From: Dimorphilus gyrociliatus
Taxonomy: Eukaryota; Animalia; Annelida
Reading direction: 5' to 3'
Assembly: GCA_904063045.1 (NCBI GenBank)
Contig: CAJFCJ010000009.1
Coordinates: 1,922,968 to 1,986,967, forward strand
Length of the DNA: 64,000 bases
Positions within the stretch are counted from its first letter, which is position 1. Each line of letters begins with the position of its first letter. The notes under the pieces are model-generated. The model was not told where the DNA came from. It searched no databases and saw only the letters and a list, made by a program, of their open reading frames with translations. Positions 1 to 12,297 of this stretch are shown here, piece by piece. A program made the translations under genes and the position numbers.

Positions 1-165
1 ATTTACAAATCCAGAAATCTTGTTTCTTAGCCTCTTGCTGGGGATGATTGCAATTTCCTCGCAGATTCTCTTATTAGTATGAAAATCCATGGTAAGACGA
101 GTGTAATATTTTTCAATAATTACACGGGCGGCTTTTTTTACGGTTTTGGTTCTTACACGACCCAT
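1..165 (-). CDS. RPS17: 40S ribosomal protein S17 (eS17), 5' part; truncated by the window edge
   Basis: Not in the ORF track. The minus strand from ATG at 165 translates to [53 protein letters not shown], the near-invariant eS17 N-terminus. Confidence 0.97.
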   Translation of the reverse strand, partial: MGRVRTKTVKKAARVIIEKYYTRLTMDFHTNKRICEEIAIIPSKRLRNKISGFVN

Positions 166-216
166 TTTTTTTTAAATTTTGATTGTGAACAAGGCACGAC
201 AGAGAGCGGCGTGGAT

Positions 217-223
217 AAAAGAA
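217..223 (-). promoter_or_regulatory. Polypyrimidine (TCT/TOP-like) initiator candidate of RPS17
   Basis: Minus-strand TTCTTTT about 55 nt upstream of the RPS17 ATG fits the TCT initiator typical of ribosomal protein genes. A YY1-like AAAATGGCCGC lies near 296-306. Confidence 0.45.
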
Positions 224-1002
224 CGATATTTCGTGAGACATGCCGGTCATTGGCTTTCTATATTTTTAATAATGGCTGGTATATTGTAGAGTGTTAGCGG
301 CCATTTTGATACTTTATATTTTCAACTTCTATAAAATGAAAAATTGTCTCTATAACCTGGTTCAGTAGTCCCACTCGAAATAGACTTGCTACAAACAAAA
401 ATAAAATACCAAACCTGAATTTTCTACATTCTGAAACTTTATAAGTAACTATAAGTTGTATTAGCATCTGTTACATTAGATTCGTTGAGTTTGGATAACC
501 AGATTGACAGATAAAATATGGAATTGAAGTTTCGCCTTGTTCAATTACGCTAAAAACATGGGACATTTAACTATTGATAGATACTTAAAACAATATATGT
601 AATATTCTAATAATCAGCAATTAAAGAATTTTTTTCTTCATATTTCCTCCTTCCTTAAAATTCAAGTGGAAAATAAAAAAACTTTAAATTTTACTTCGCC
701 CGTAAAGCTAATATCCAGCTGCCCACTGTCTATTCGAAATCTTAATGAAATATCGTTAAAATTTTATGATTTACTTTTAAGTTATAGGGCTAATAAGGTT
801 TTTTTCTTGGAAACCGACATCTTAAACTAAATATTTCATTTCAAGTAAGAATACTTCCATTTAAAGTAGTTCCTCTTTGAAGAGTAATGAATTACTATCT
901 GTATTTGTAATCATTTTTATTGTAAAATCGTCTAATACTGACTCAACAGGTAAGAAAAACATTAACCAATAGCACCTTGAAGATGAGTTACTAATGACTT
1001 TA

Positions 1003-3970
1003 TCATTCTGGTACGTATTTGGCAGCTTTAGCACCATACTTTTCAAACAAATCGTTGTAAAATTCTGCTTTAAGGGTTTTTAAACATCTAAAAAATATAT
1101 AAATATTTAACAAATATTTCATAACTCCTTTATAAAACACTTACTTTCTGTATAAGGAACTAGATCGAAATTTAGCAATATCTAAGCTTGGGGCATGCGG
1201 CATGTGAATCATAAATGCATTCGGTAGTACTATAAATTCAAACCTAAAAGTTCATATATTATTAAATATAATATTTATAGAGTATTTGAAGGAAATGAAA
1301 AAAGGTATAGTTACTCTGCAGCGTCCAAACTGAGAGCGTGAGAAACTTTATTCCATCCAAATCCCACAAAACGCCTATCGTATGCCGGAATTTGATCAAC
1401 TTTCATTACCAAGTATGGTTCGAAATCTCTTTCCCATTCGACTTGATAAGGAGTTGTTGCAGTTCGCCATTTGTTAAATTGAGTAGGAGCATGGCCACGA
1501 GGCCAAACATGATATCTAAATGTAAATAAAGAGCCAACGTCCAATTGAGCTAAAAGGTCGGTCTTGGAGGTGGGAAAGTTGAAGCGATACCGTTGTGTTT
1601 CAAAGGCTGGTACAACTAATGCCTATTGAATAACGACAGTAAGTAGATTTAGGATTAAGAAGTTCGTTAAATTTATCTAAGCTTACTTTTTTAGCATTAG
1701 AGCTAACTTCTAATTCAACAACAGTTTTTCGTAAATAATCATATAAACCATACATAGGCAAAAAGTCTATATCGGCTAAGAAAACGAACGGTGTTCGAAC
1801 TTGTCTCAGAGCAACATTTCTCAAGTGGTTTACAGGATAAAATTGTCCATCTTTATAAACAATATGATAGCCTATATTTCTTCTTGACATTAATATTGAG
1901 GATGCTAGGGCGAACCGCAAAAATTGCTGAGCTTCGCCATCAGACATATAAAGAGCTATTGACATTGGTCCTTGCCAATGTTTACAAATCGTTTCCAACA
2001 TTTGCAGACGATCCATTGAAAGTTGGGCCACTAAAGTGACATCGTTTTCAATGGGTACATAATCATAATCCAGGTAATACAAATGGGTTCTATAAATAAG
2101 AATTCCCTCTCGTCGGAACTCAAAGCAGTCATCATCCTCATTCAAAGTAGATATTTTTTTCTCAATTATAGCTAATGGTTTATTCTGACCTGTACAACCA
2201 AATAATTCTCTACGTAATAGATTTCCATCGTATTCCAAAAACGTTAGATATAAATTTCGAAAAAATTCTATATGTTGATTTTTAACTTTAACTTTCCTAG
2301 GAGAATTCCAATGAATAACCTGTTTTTTGAGTAATTTAATTAAAATTTCTCAAAGGAATACATTTAATAACCTTGAGATCCGAAACATCAGAATAACAAT
2401 GGTGACTTCGAGTGTTATCGCTTAATTGTACATTCCATTGGCAGGGTAATGTGTATACAAGATGAGGATATTGTTTGAAAACAGCATTAAAAATGTCCTT
2501 AAGAAGGAAAGATTAAATGTATACTGAGTTAATATGTATATTTGAGATCATACCTGATCAGCTAGCGCCGTAGAGAGAAGAGTTATCAATTCACGTTCTG
2601 CTATAGTACGCCAAACTTTCATCCACGAGATATCCCTTAACTTTTTTAAATCCATAAGTATAACCCCGGTGTTAAAACCTCTCCCCTAATTTCGATATAT
2701 AATTAATACACTACATTTTCAACTATCATTTTACTAATTGTACAAACCAATGCAGGCCATGGGTGATGATTTCTCCATAATTTACCTAAATACCAATCGC
2801 TTTGATTTTCAACTAGACCGATAGATTGCCTTTTTGAGAACTTTAGAAACATTTTCCATAGCTCAGCTATATCAGTAGCAAATGTTATATCGGTATCCAA
2901 AACGATAACTTTCTCAAGAGTTTTGTTTAAGGTTTTGGGTAAGGTTAATTTCATAAGACCGTAGACTCCGGAATAATGTGTATTTGGAATCCATTGTATT
3001 TCAGGCTATAAATTTCGTAAAAAGTAGAAAATTTAATTAGATATCAAGTTGATCAATACTATTCAATTATTTAGATGAAAATTTTTCACAAATAGCAAAA
3101 CACGGCAAATGATCAAAACAATTGAAAATAAGTCTATGTAAATGATAACAAATTAGTGGTTGATAAATGATAAGGAATTCGATAATACTTCAACAAACGA
3201 CAAAAATTACTCCAATATTTGTTTTTTTTTCATGCTGCTACTATACCTTCAAATCATCTGCTAAATACAGTGAAACCTCCACTGTTAACGAAGAGAAAAT
3301 ATCACGAAAACCAAATCAATGTGAGTAGAAGATTATATTATTTATAAAAAAAGTAATAGAAAAACTTACAAGCCGGAACTGCCCATGTTTCAAATACGCT
3401 CTGCAATATTAATCTAGCTGCCGGGTCCGAAATAAGGTGAATATGTAAGGGGTTGCGACGATAAAATAGAACGCTCTTTATCAGAGTAACAACGTCCCTG
3501 CTTGAGTTATACCGTGCGCAAACGATAGCGATATGAATGACCTTAAGAAAAAATTTACATTTAATAATATTAATCCATGTATTTGCCGAATTTTCTTACT
3601 TCGCATTTATTAATTCCATGACTGCTGGTAAAACAAGAATGGTTTCCAGAGTCGTATTTATTAGCAATTTGTGCTTTAATATCCCTGAAATGACATAAAA
3701 AGGATATGTGTCTTGAACAAATAATAAATATTGATTACAACCTAATGTTCTTTTTTAGAATATAATTTTCTTCCATCAATTGTCTTATAAAGATTTGTTG
3801 CTTCTTTCTTGCTTTGGTATCTGAAGCAAAAAGGAAATTTTTAGCATCTGGAAAAAATTAAGGTTCTCTATACCTGTAGTTTTCTTTTTTGAGTGAAAAC
3901 TCCATAAAGCTATCAAGACAAACAATGCTGACAAACCAAGCAGAACGAACCATTTCTTCTTTATTCTCAT
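1003..3970 (-). CDS. LARGE1: Xylosyl- and glucuronyltransferase LARGE (multi-exon)
   Basis: N-terminal signal anchor ([23 protein letters not shown]). GT8 domain with [43 protein letters not shown] and VIHWNSP. GT49 domain with [37 protein letters not shown] and [12 protein letters not shown]. Last exons [19 protein letters not shown] and CLKTLKAEF...KYVPE, stop at 1003-1005. Confidence 0.95.
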
Positions 3971-4707
3971 ATTAATAACAACTCTAAGAACTTTATACAT
4001 TTACCCATTCCATTGTATACGTTATCACTTGACTAAATTTTCTGAAATGATTAGAAAGAGTGAAAGTCCATTAATTAAAATTCAAACAGATAGACTGTCA
4101 TGTTGTACATTTCGTATAAAAACGTATCTTTTATTTAAATACTAGAAAACAGCTTATTAGATAAAACGGAATACGTCGTTATCTTTAAAAAACGCTCTTT
4201 TCAAAATACGAAAATAAAAATAAGCACTTCCGGTTTACCCTGATAGCACGTTCATAACATCTATTCAAACGCTCTAATTTAAAAATCTTCTCCAATCACG
4301 ATTGTTGAACGTTTTATCTACCCTAATCTTTTAAATAATTTTATATTATGATAGTTTTCAAATTTTATCACTAGTAAAACGTTGAAAATGAGAAGATTAT
4401 CTACTTTCTTTTAAAGTCTAAAAATTACTTTAAAGTGTCAAGTACTTTATAAATGGTCATTTATTTATTAAAATTCTGTTGAACAATAAATCAAAAGCCT
4501 AACTGGCTACAAACTTTTGAAATTAAAGTAATATATCTTCCTTCAATTACTGATAAACGATTTCCATATAACTGTGTCTAATTATATCTTTGCTAGTTTT
4601 TAAGCGTGGACTTCACTTTTGGAATTTTATAAAGATAAATAAAGCAAAAACGAAAATAAGATTTGGCTTCAAATGTATTAGTGATAAGTAATTATCATTA
4701 TATTCTT

Positions 4708-5741
4708 TTATAGTTTTCCATTTAAGACTTGAGAATGATGCTTAATATGATCTTCAATGAATGTTGCAATAAAGAAATAACTATGATCGTATTCCTGTAC
4801 AGATAATTTGAATAAATAAATTTTCGTTTTATAAATTAATAAAGAGATTTATCTTACATTTTGCATTCTAATAGTCACTGGTAGATTTTTATCGGAACAA
4901 ACTTTCTCCAAATTTTCAGGAAGAAGCTGTTTTTGGAGAAGAAAAGAATCTGCTTTTCCTTGATCAACTAAAATTGGTATTTTTAGAGAACCATTAAAGT
5001 TCTTAGCCATTTCACAAGCATCGTAGTTCTTGAAAAATACTCAACTTAAATGAAAGTGTCAATTTGAATTAATATAAATATACCTTCCAAGTTTCCTTGT
5101 TTTGTCCCAAGTACCCGTTAAAAGCTTTTTGACCCCATGGACATTCAATCGGATTACAAATAGGAGCAAAGGCGGAAACGCTCTTAAACTTATCAGCGTT
5201 TTTGAAAAATATTGTTAAAGCCCCATGTCCGCCCATACTGTGACCCATAATAGAAGCATTACTAGTGTCAACAGGGAAGTTTCCACCAATAATTTTTGGT
5301 AGTTCTTCAGTTATGTAAGAGTACATCCTATAATTATTTCTCCATTTTTCTTCAGTTGCATCAACATAGAAACCGGCTCCGGTTCCAAAATCCCACGACT
5401 CTTCTTCTCCTTCGATATTACATCCTCGAGGACTGGTGTCGGGTGCGACTATTGCAATACCCTCTTCATTGGCATATTTCTGAGCCCCTGCTTTTGTAAC
5501 GAAATTTTGCTCAGTGCAAGTTAAACCAGACAGCCAATAAATAACTGGAACTTTTTTGGTTTCCGATGTTTGTGGGAGGTAAATTCCAAAGTTCATCTTA
5601 CACTTAAGGACTGAACTATGAAAAGCATTCAATTATTATCTTACAAATACACAAAATACTTGAAGACAAAAACCTTTCATGGCTAAAGACCTTTTGCCAT
5701 CCCGAAAACATACGAACTTTGGACACTTCTATTAATCCCAT
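4708..5741 (-). CDS. ESD: S-formylglutathione hydrolase / esterase D
   Basis: Exon 1 [22 protein letters not shown]; [13 protein letters not shown]; nucleophile GHSMGGHG; ILVDQGKAD; last exon [20 protein letters not shown], stop at 4708-4710. Confidence 0.96.
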
Positions 5742-6337
5742 TTTCTATAAAATTTGGAAAAGATGCAAATATATGGAATTATAATAACAATCGAATTAGT
5801 ATGTTATATAACATCTTTCTATTACCTTTCTTAAAGAATAACAAAAAAATTTGTGAGTAGCCGAGATTAGAGTGATAGGAAAAAATGAGTGTTTTTCATA
5901 TTTTACTAAGATAACTGGTAGTAAATAATTTGATAATAAAGGCATTACAAGCAATGGTTTATTATCATAAACTTTTTTTAGATACAAAACTGTCTTAAAT
6001 TAAGGTCAAAATATATCATATCAAAATTTCCATTTAAGATGTTCTTATGCATGTTTAAAACTTTTTGAGATAGTATAAAGTATCTATCATTGAAGTATAG
6101 TTTTCGCTTAAAGGAGATATTTTTAAACATTACTATCTAGATCAAAGATTTTATGTATTCATAGAATAAGTATTACCAACTAACAAATAAGTCCGATAAA
6201 TAATTTGACTATTTTCTCATATCAAGCATTTTGCTGTTTTCCAAGTAATAGTTATAAAAGCAACAATAACAAAGAATAAAAATGAGCCAGTTCACTTTAA
6301 CACAGAAAATAAGTATTTCCTTAATATGTTTGCAGGT

Positions 6338-6992
6338 TTAAGGATAGGTTATCTTCTTAATTTTCCCGTTGATTGGTGAAGATTCAAGCGATTCATCCAT
6401 CTGTCAATATTTAAAAAAGTTTATGCTAGTAAAATATATTTCTTTTGATAAATAAACCTGTCGTTTGCTTGATTTTCCTGGACTACTGAGTTGTATTACT
6501 TTTCTGTCCTTATTTATTTGAGAGGGCGGAATACATTTTTGACTTTCAGGTGTGAATGGAACAAATAGCCTTGGTGATTCTTTACTGGAGTATTTTAAAT
6601 GAAGTTTTTAATAAATTATTTAATATTAATGGAGCTATTTCTGTTTATTTGAAATAGAAAATTTGAGTAACCTTGATAATTTAGCCTTTTTGACAGAGAA
6701 TTCATTTTCATCTGCCTGCTGGCTCTTTCTCTTATTGATATTTTTTTTCCCTCTTCTATTTTCTCTATATTGTCGTTGCGGTTGGGGTAAAATGTGAGCT
6801 TTAAATAATTCTAACAAGACCGCTTTATCTTCAGATTCAAGTTTTATTTGCCGCTGTTTCAAGTAAATGTGTATTGTAGGAAGAAGAGATTAAAATTTTA
6901 AGTACCTTTGTAAGAACAGCTACAATTTGCTCCTGAGTTAGTAACTCAGGGTGCATTATGTCTAAATTCGTACAATCTCCAGGATCATTCAT
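6338..6992 (-). CDS. C2orf49: Ashwin (tRNA-splicing ligase complex subunit)
   Basis: Spliced product MNDPGDCTNLDIMHPELLTQEQIVAVLTK-RQIKLESEDKAVLLELFKAHILPQPQRQYRENRRGK...KIKKITYP*. This matches the ashwin HPELL, (A)I(P)LPQR..P.NR.GK and C-terminal K..xTWP-type motifs. Confidence 0.85.
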
Positions 6993-7865
6993 AATGCCGG
7001 ATATCAAAATAAGAAACGAAATCTGATATTAGTTGTATTGAGTGACAAAAACTGGTAATTGTTTTACCCTAAAGTACAGTACTGCTACACTGGTTATATA
7101 AAAATGGCCGACAATAGTTCACTTAAGGTAGCCATTTTAAACGTTATTTTAATATTTTTAAAATTTCTCCCTCTTTTAATAAAATACAACTTTTCTAACC
7201 ATGTGGTTTTTTTATAAATAAAAATGTGGAATAAAGTTTTAATAAAGTCTTCAGATTTCGTTAAACTTGGGAAGAAACTATTAAACTGATCAGGAAGTCC
7301 TAGATAACTTGAAACAACGAAGAGATTACTCGTTGCTAGAGATTAAAATTTTATGATGAAATGATGGGTAATAGCGTTTCATTGCAATGGTTTGTCATCA
7401 TTTAGTAATTTTATTATTATTAAAATAATATCTGTTCATAGAATGTTTAACAGACTAATACTAGGTTATATTCTCAACCCTTTCTACAGTGATTATTTAA
7501 ATTGTAGCCAAAAGAGGGCGACCGGGGAAATATATTCCTATAGGTGGAACTGTCCATGTTCTAGTTCCGGTTCTGTGGAGGCGTCGAAGCAGAAAAGTTA
7601 AAAACAGTAAAATTTATTCTACTAGTTAAACACCGAACAGATCCGCTAATTAAAATATAGTAATATAAAAATAATTGAATTGATATCTAATTTGTAATAA
7701 TTGATGTTGATGTTAATGTTGAATATAGATAAAAACAAACTAATCATAATTTGTTTATTTACATATACGTAGCTTCCGTACTAAGAACGAAATACCTGTC
7801 ATAAGGCTCTGATCCAGGATCAAGGAAAGGTACTTTCGGACACGATAAGGATTTGTGAAGCAGAT

Positions 7866-8570
7866 ATGTCATCCAAAAGCTCAGCGAACAAAAGTCGCAT
7901 ATTAAAGGTATTTTACCGTGTCACGATAATATGACTAATGTTATGGTAACATTCTATAATTCCTCTGTAGATTGTTTTGGTTGGTGACGGTGGTGTTGGA
8001 AAGAGTTCATTAATAACAAGATATGTCAAGAATGAATTTAATGTAAATTGTTTTCACACCATTGGAGTAGAATTTCTAAAAAAAGATGTATCATATCAAG
8101 GAGTCACATACGCCCTGCAGATATGGGACACAGCAGGTCAGGAGCTTTTCAAGAGCTTACGAACACCCTTTTACAGAGGATCGGATGCTTGTTTTCTGAC
8201 TTATTCGGTTGACGACGAAAATTCATTTAAAAACTTACAAACTTGGAAAGAGGAATTCTTGCAGTATGCTAAAATCGGCGAGGATCAATCTTTTCCATTT
8301 GTCGTACTAGGAAATAAAGTTGACATTGACCCTTATGAACGTAAAGTTGACCTGCAGACAGCCGTAGATTACTGTGATAAACAAAGAATACTGCACTTTG
8401 AAACAAGTGCTAAAAGTTCAGCTAACGTTGAAGCAGCATTCATGAAAATTGTCCAAACCATTGCCGAATTTGATAGGTCTAATTATTTGTCAAGTAATAC
8501 AATGAAAACTAGTACAATTAACTTACAGAAAATGGAGAAAAAAAGTGACAGTGAAAGAGCCTGTTGTTAG
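7866..8570 (+). CDS. RAB9: Ras-related protein Rab9
   Basis: Exon 1 MSSKSSANKSRILK, intron 7908-7970, then GDGGVGKS, FHTIGVEFL, WDTAGQE, SLRTPFYRGSD, NKVD, ETSAK and a C-terminal CC prenylation motif. Confidence 0.9.
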
Positions 8571-8941
8571 ATAATATTACTATTTTTAAGTGCATAAATT
8601 AGCAATACTCAAGAGTTTTACCTATTATTGTAATAACGCTACATGTATGCTATGTTTCTTACTATTGTAAATATTTGCCCAGATTGTTACTGAGATGAGA
8701 TGACTTGATTAATTAAATTTGGTTATAAATTCATTTAGTCCTCATTGACTGATTATTATTAATTGGTTTACAGATTTCGTACTTCTGTTTAATAGTAATA
8801 CTCTTATATATTCTATTTATAAAGTTATAAATATAAAATTTGGTACTTTATCATAATGAATAATAGAAAGAAAGGATCTTTTTAAAAAGGCGTGTGCCTA
8901 AACTGCATAATGAAAAGTACAATGGTTGAATAGTTAAATAG

Positions 8942-9052
<111 letters not shown>

Positions 9053-9477
9053 TAGACTAGTTATTTACAATTTTTTCTATGATCTTACTTTTTTCGTATC
9101 TGAATTTTAATAAGGGAAAGTATATCTACCCAGAATAGATTATTATCTAATTATATCTTTGTCTTTTAAGTAAAAGTCTTTTTTGTGGTTAATTAAATTA
9201 CAATAGGCGGCAACTTTCTGAGACCTTGTCAATAATGTACTTCATCTTTTGACTACTCTCATCAATATGTGAATACATTTAGAACTGCTTATAAATTTAT
9301 AACATTCTAGTGTACGTACTGTCATCCAAGAGAAGACCTAATGTTCATAAACAACTCCAGATGTCGCTAGTAGATTACTTTACGAATAAAACTGGTTTCA
9401 TATTCAGGACAAGGGAAAACACTCTGATGCCTTATTTTACTACAGACTGACTGCTTTCTATTTTGAGAGTTATTTAA

Positions 9478-11634
9478 ATGGCATCAATACGAGATTATGA
9501 TCAAATATTATGCATTATTTGCATGTCAAAAATACAAAATCCTTTAATGAGTAGAATATGTGGTCATTCTTATTGTGATACTTGTATTCTTTATCAATTG
9601 GCCGAAAAAGAAGTTGAATCGTGTCCTATTTGTTCGAAAGCGTTAAGCGAAAGAGATTTGGTGGAAAATATACACTTGAAAGACTATTTAAAATTACGCC
9701 AGTTTCATGTTAGTCTGAGACAATGCTCAAAATGTCATTCGGAAGGGATTTGTTCATTTCATAAGTTGTTGCGCAATGAGAACTCATTCGAAGATGACGA
9801 ACTAGCGAAATTAGATTGTTTTGAAAAGACATTGAATGGTGATACTGATAAATTGCCATCATTTAGTATGATAAAAGATGAACTTGAATCAGACAAGCGT
9901 ACATGTCAAATAGATTTGGAAACAGTTCGTAGAGCAGCTAGAGAATGTAATTTAAAACTATCTGAAGAGATGATGGAAGACGGTATAAATATAATTTTTA
10001 TTCTTTATTTATAAAATTAATATAATAAAGCTTTTATTTTATTATAAAGATGAGATTGAAGAATCTAATCCAATGATTGATCGTCATATAGAAGATATTG
10101 AAAAAATTTTGTTATCTTATGGCAGGGAGTTACCATCTTATTTTCAAGATCTTGGTCCTAAAATATGTCAGATATCTACATTTAGTTTCCCTAATTTAGA
10201 AGAAGCTAATGGTAATTCAGATGTAGGAGAAGTAGAACTTTTAAAGCAATTAGATTCTCCACCACCTATCTTGAAGTCTATACCAGATGAAGAGTATAAA
10301 TCAAAACCTGAAGCAGCTTTGAAAGATTATGTTAAATTGTGTTTAGGACATAAGTATATGTCCTCAAAAAATAAGCTAAGTGATTCTCCATCAATAAAAG
10401 AATTGGAAGATGCTTACGAGGAAAAGCAAGCTGAAGAAGCATCTCTTTCTGCCAATAAAAATGTTCGTAAAAGTGATTTTCAAAAAGGTATAGAAAGGAT
10501 TATCTGTGCGGCAATTAGATATTCAAGTTTAGAACAATTATATAAATTTCATGGTACTGTAAATACCAACACAATAACTCCTAGTATTCAAACAATAAGC
10601 TTCAATAGAACTGGAGAGTTGTTTATTGCTGGCGGCACTATGAGATTTGTCAGAGTTTACGAATTTGAAAATATGATAAAATCACCACAGAATTTGGCAC
10701 CTTATGTAAACAATTTCGATTGTCAGCATAGAGTGTTTTCATCTTGTTTCAATCCAGTTGAGGATGCAATCTTTATAACAGGGAATAGTAATGGTGAATT
10801 GACATGGTTCGACTCAGTTCATTGTTTGCAGAAAAGTATGGATAGTCTTGTATCATCTAGTCATTCTCAAAATCATGCTGTATTTTCATTGGATTGGTCT
10901 TCGTGTTTTAAAAATGTTTTGGCTTCCGCTGCAGCTGATTCAATTTTGAAAATATGGGATATCAACATATCAAAGCCAATTGTAAAGAGTATTAAGATAA
11001 AAGTAAGTCAAAACTTTGATAAGATTTAACATATTGATAATAATGCTGTGTTTGATTGAAACAGGATCCGATAAATTGTGTTCACTTCAACCCAGTGGAC
11101 TATACATTATTAGTAGCCACAGATGCCTATTCTATTTTTACACTAGACTTTCGGATGTTGAAGAAAGAATCAAGGAATTTTAAGATTTACGCTCGTAAAA
11201 TACCTTACGCTAAATGGATAGATCGTTCACATTTTTGTACAAGTTCCAATGATGGAACTGTTCGCTTGTGGCATAAAGATCATAACACTCCTCTTATGAA
11301 ATATGAAGATCACAAACTCACTGAAAATTTTACAGGATTTGACGTAAAAGATGATCTAATAGCGGTCGGTAGCGAAGACGCTAAAGTTTACATATACGAC
11401 AAACTATTGTCAAAGTCAATACTATCTCATGAATTTCAATTTTCCACAACCCTTATGCAATTAGGAGGCGACGATATAATAAGTGGTAGCAAATTAAATT
11501 CACTTATTCCTAGATCTATGACATGGAGGCCTAGGGTTTACCACGACGGACGAAATATTTTAGCTGTTGGAACAAGTACCGGCGAAATTCAAATATTATC
11601 ACCAAAAAGAACCTACGAATCAGAAGACAGTTAA
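9478..11634 (+). CDS. Divergent COP1/RFWD2-like E3 ligase (C3HC4 RING, helical region, WD40); 3 exons
   Basis: RING CIIC..CGHSYCDTC..CPIC. WD40 segments SFNRTGELFIAGG..VRVYEF, SSNDGTVRLW, H..TENFTGF and IAVGSEDAKVYIY resemble COP1 FDRD.DYFAIAG..IKVYEY, SASTDSQLKLW, GHINEKNFVGL and IACGSENNSLYLY. Introns 9983-10049 and 11003-11064 join the three ORFs in frame. Confidence 0.75.
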
Positions 11635-12003
11635 GATAATTAGTTCAATTAAATATTTGAACTTTCGCTAATTTTCTATTGTTAAAGAAGTTGAATTTTT
11701 TTTTTGTTAATTTTAAAAATTTCTCAAGTTATAAAAAATAATGAAAATCATTAAAAAGAATTGAATCTCGTTAAAATACATTGAAATATAGCTTTGTTTA
11801 CCTTTTTTATTATTCCCTTCTATGTACAAATGATGCTTTTAATACTCTCGATATTCCATTAGTTATTTCATAATATGAGTTTCTTCTTGCTTTAGAGTAT
11901 CCTGTAATACTAAAAATTACTATGGCTATTGCTTGATTTTGATTGGCTGGAGGGAGAAAATACTTAAAAAACAATATTTTTTATAAGTTTCAAATTAGAG
12001 ACT

Positions 12004-12013
12004 ATCACGTGAT
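12004..12013. promoter_or_regulatory. Palindromic E-box ATCACGTGAT (USF/MiT-TFE type) upstream of TFCP2
   Basis: Perfect 10-bp palindrome about 290 nt upstream of the TFCP2 ATG. GTCACGTG also abuts the tRNA 5' end at 8961-8968. Confidence 0.35.
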
Positions 12014-12297
12014 TTGATTACATGATAGGAGCAGACGACATAGTTCGTATAGCGAGAGGAAGTCAAACTTTGCTGAAAACGTTTTTCCACGTTAAGTTAA
12101 CTTTGTTTAACTAAAGATAGAGGTATATGTTTAGTAATTTAAATAAGCTTTATTCGCCTGTAGGCTCTGGAATATTTAGAATAAACGAGTTTTTTTATCA
12201 GCAACTTCACCTTTTATCACTCCAAGTTTGAAAATTTACTAACGTTTACATTTTACCAATTTTTCAGTATTTTCATTAGAGATAATAGCAATAGGTC

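Noticed and set aside
79-297. 72-aa plus-strand ORF
   Set aside because: Antisense shadow of RPS17 and its promoter; no recognisable protein.
1338-2039. Plus-strand ORFs 1338-1529 and 1791-2039
   Set aside because: Antisense to LARGE exons.
3690-3712. ATATCCTT on the minus strand in LARGE, resembling a U12 donor
   Set aside because: It lies inside an ordinary GT-AG intron, not at an exon boundary.
7353-7403. ATGATGA (C-box-like) with an AAATGATG/CATCATTT inverted repeat
   Set aside because: No properly placed CTGA D box or terminal stem; such AT-rich matches are expected by chance.
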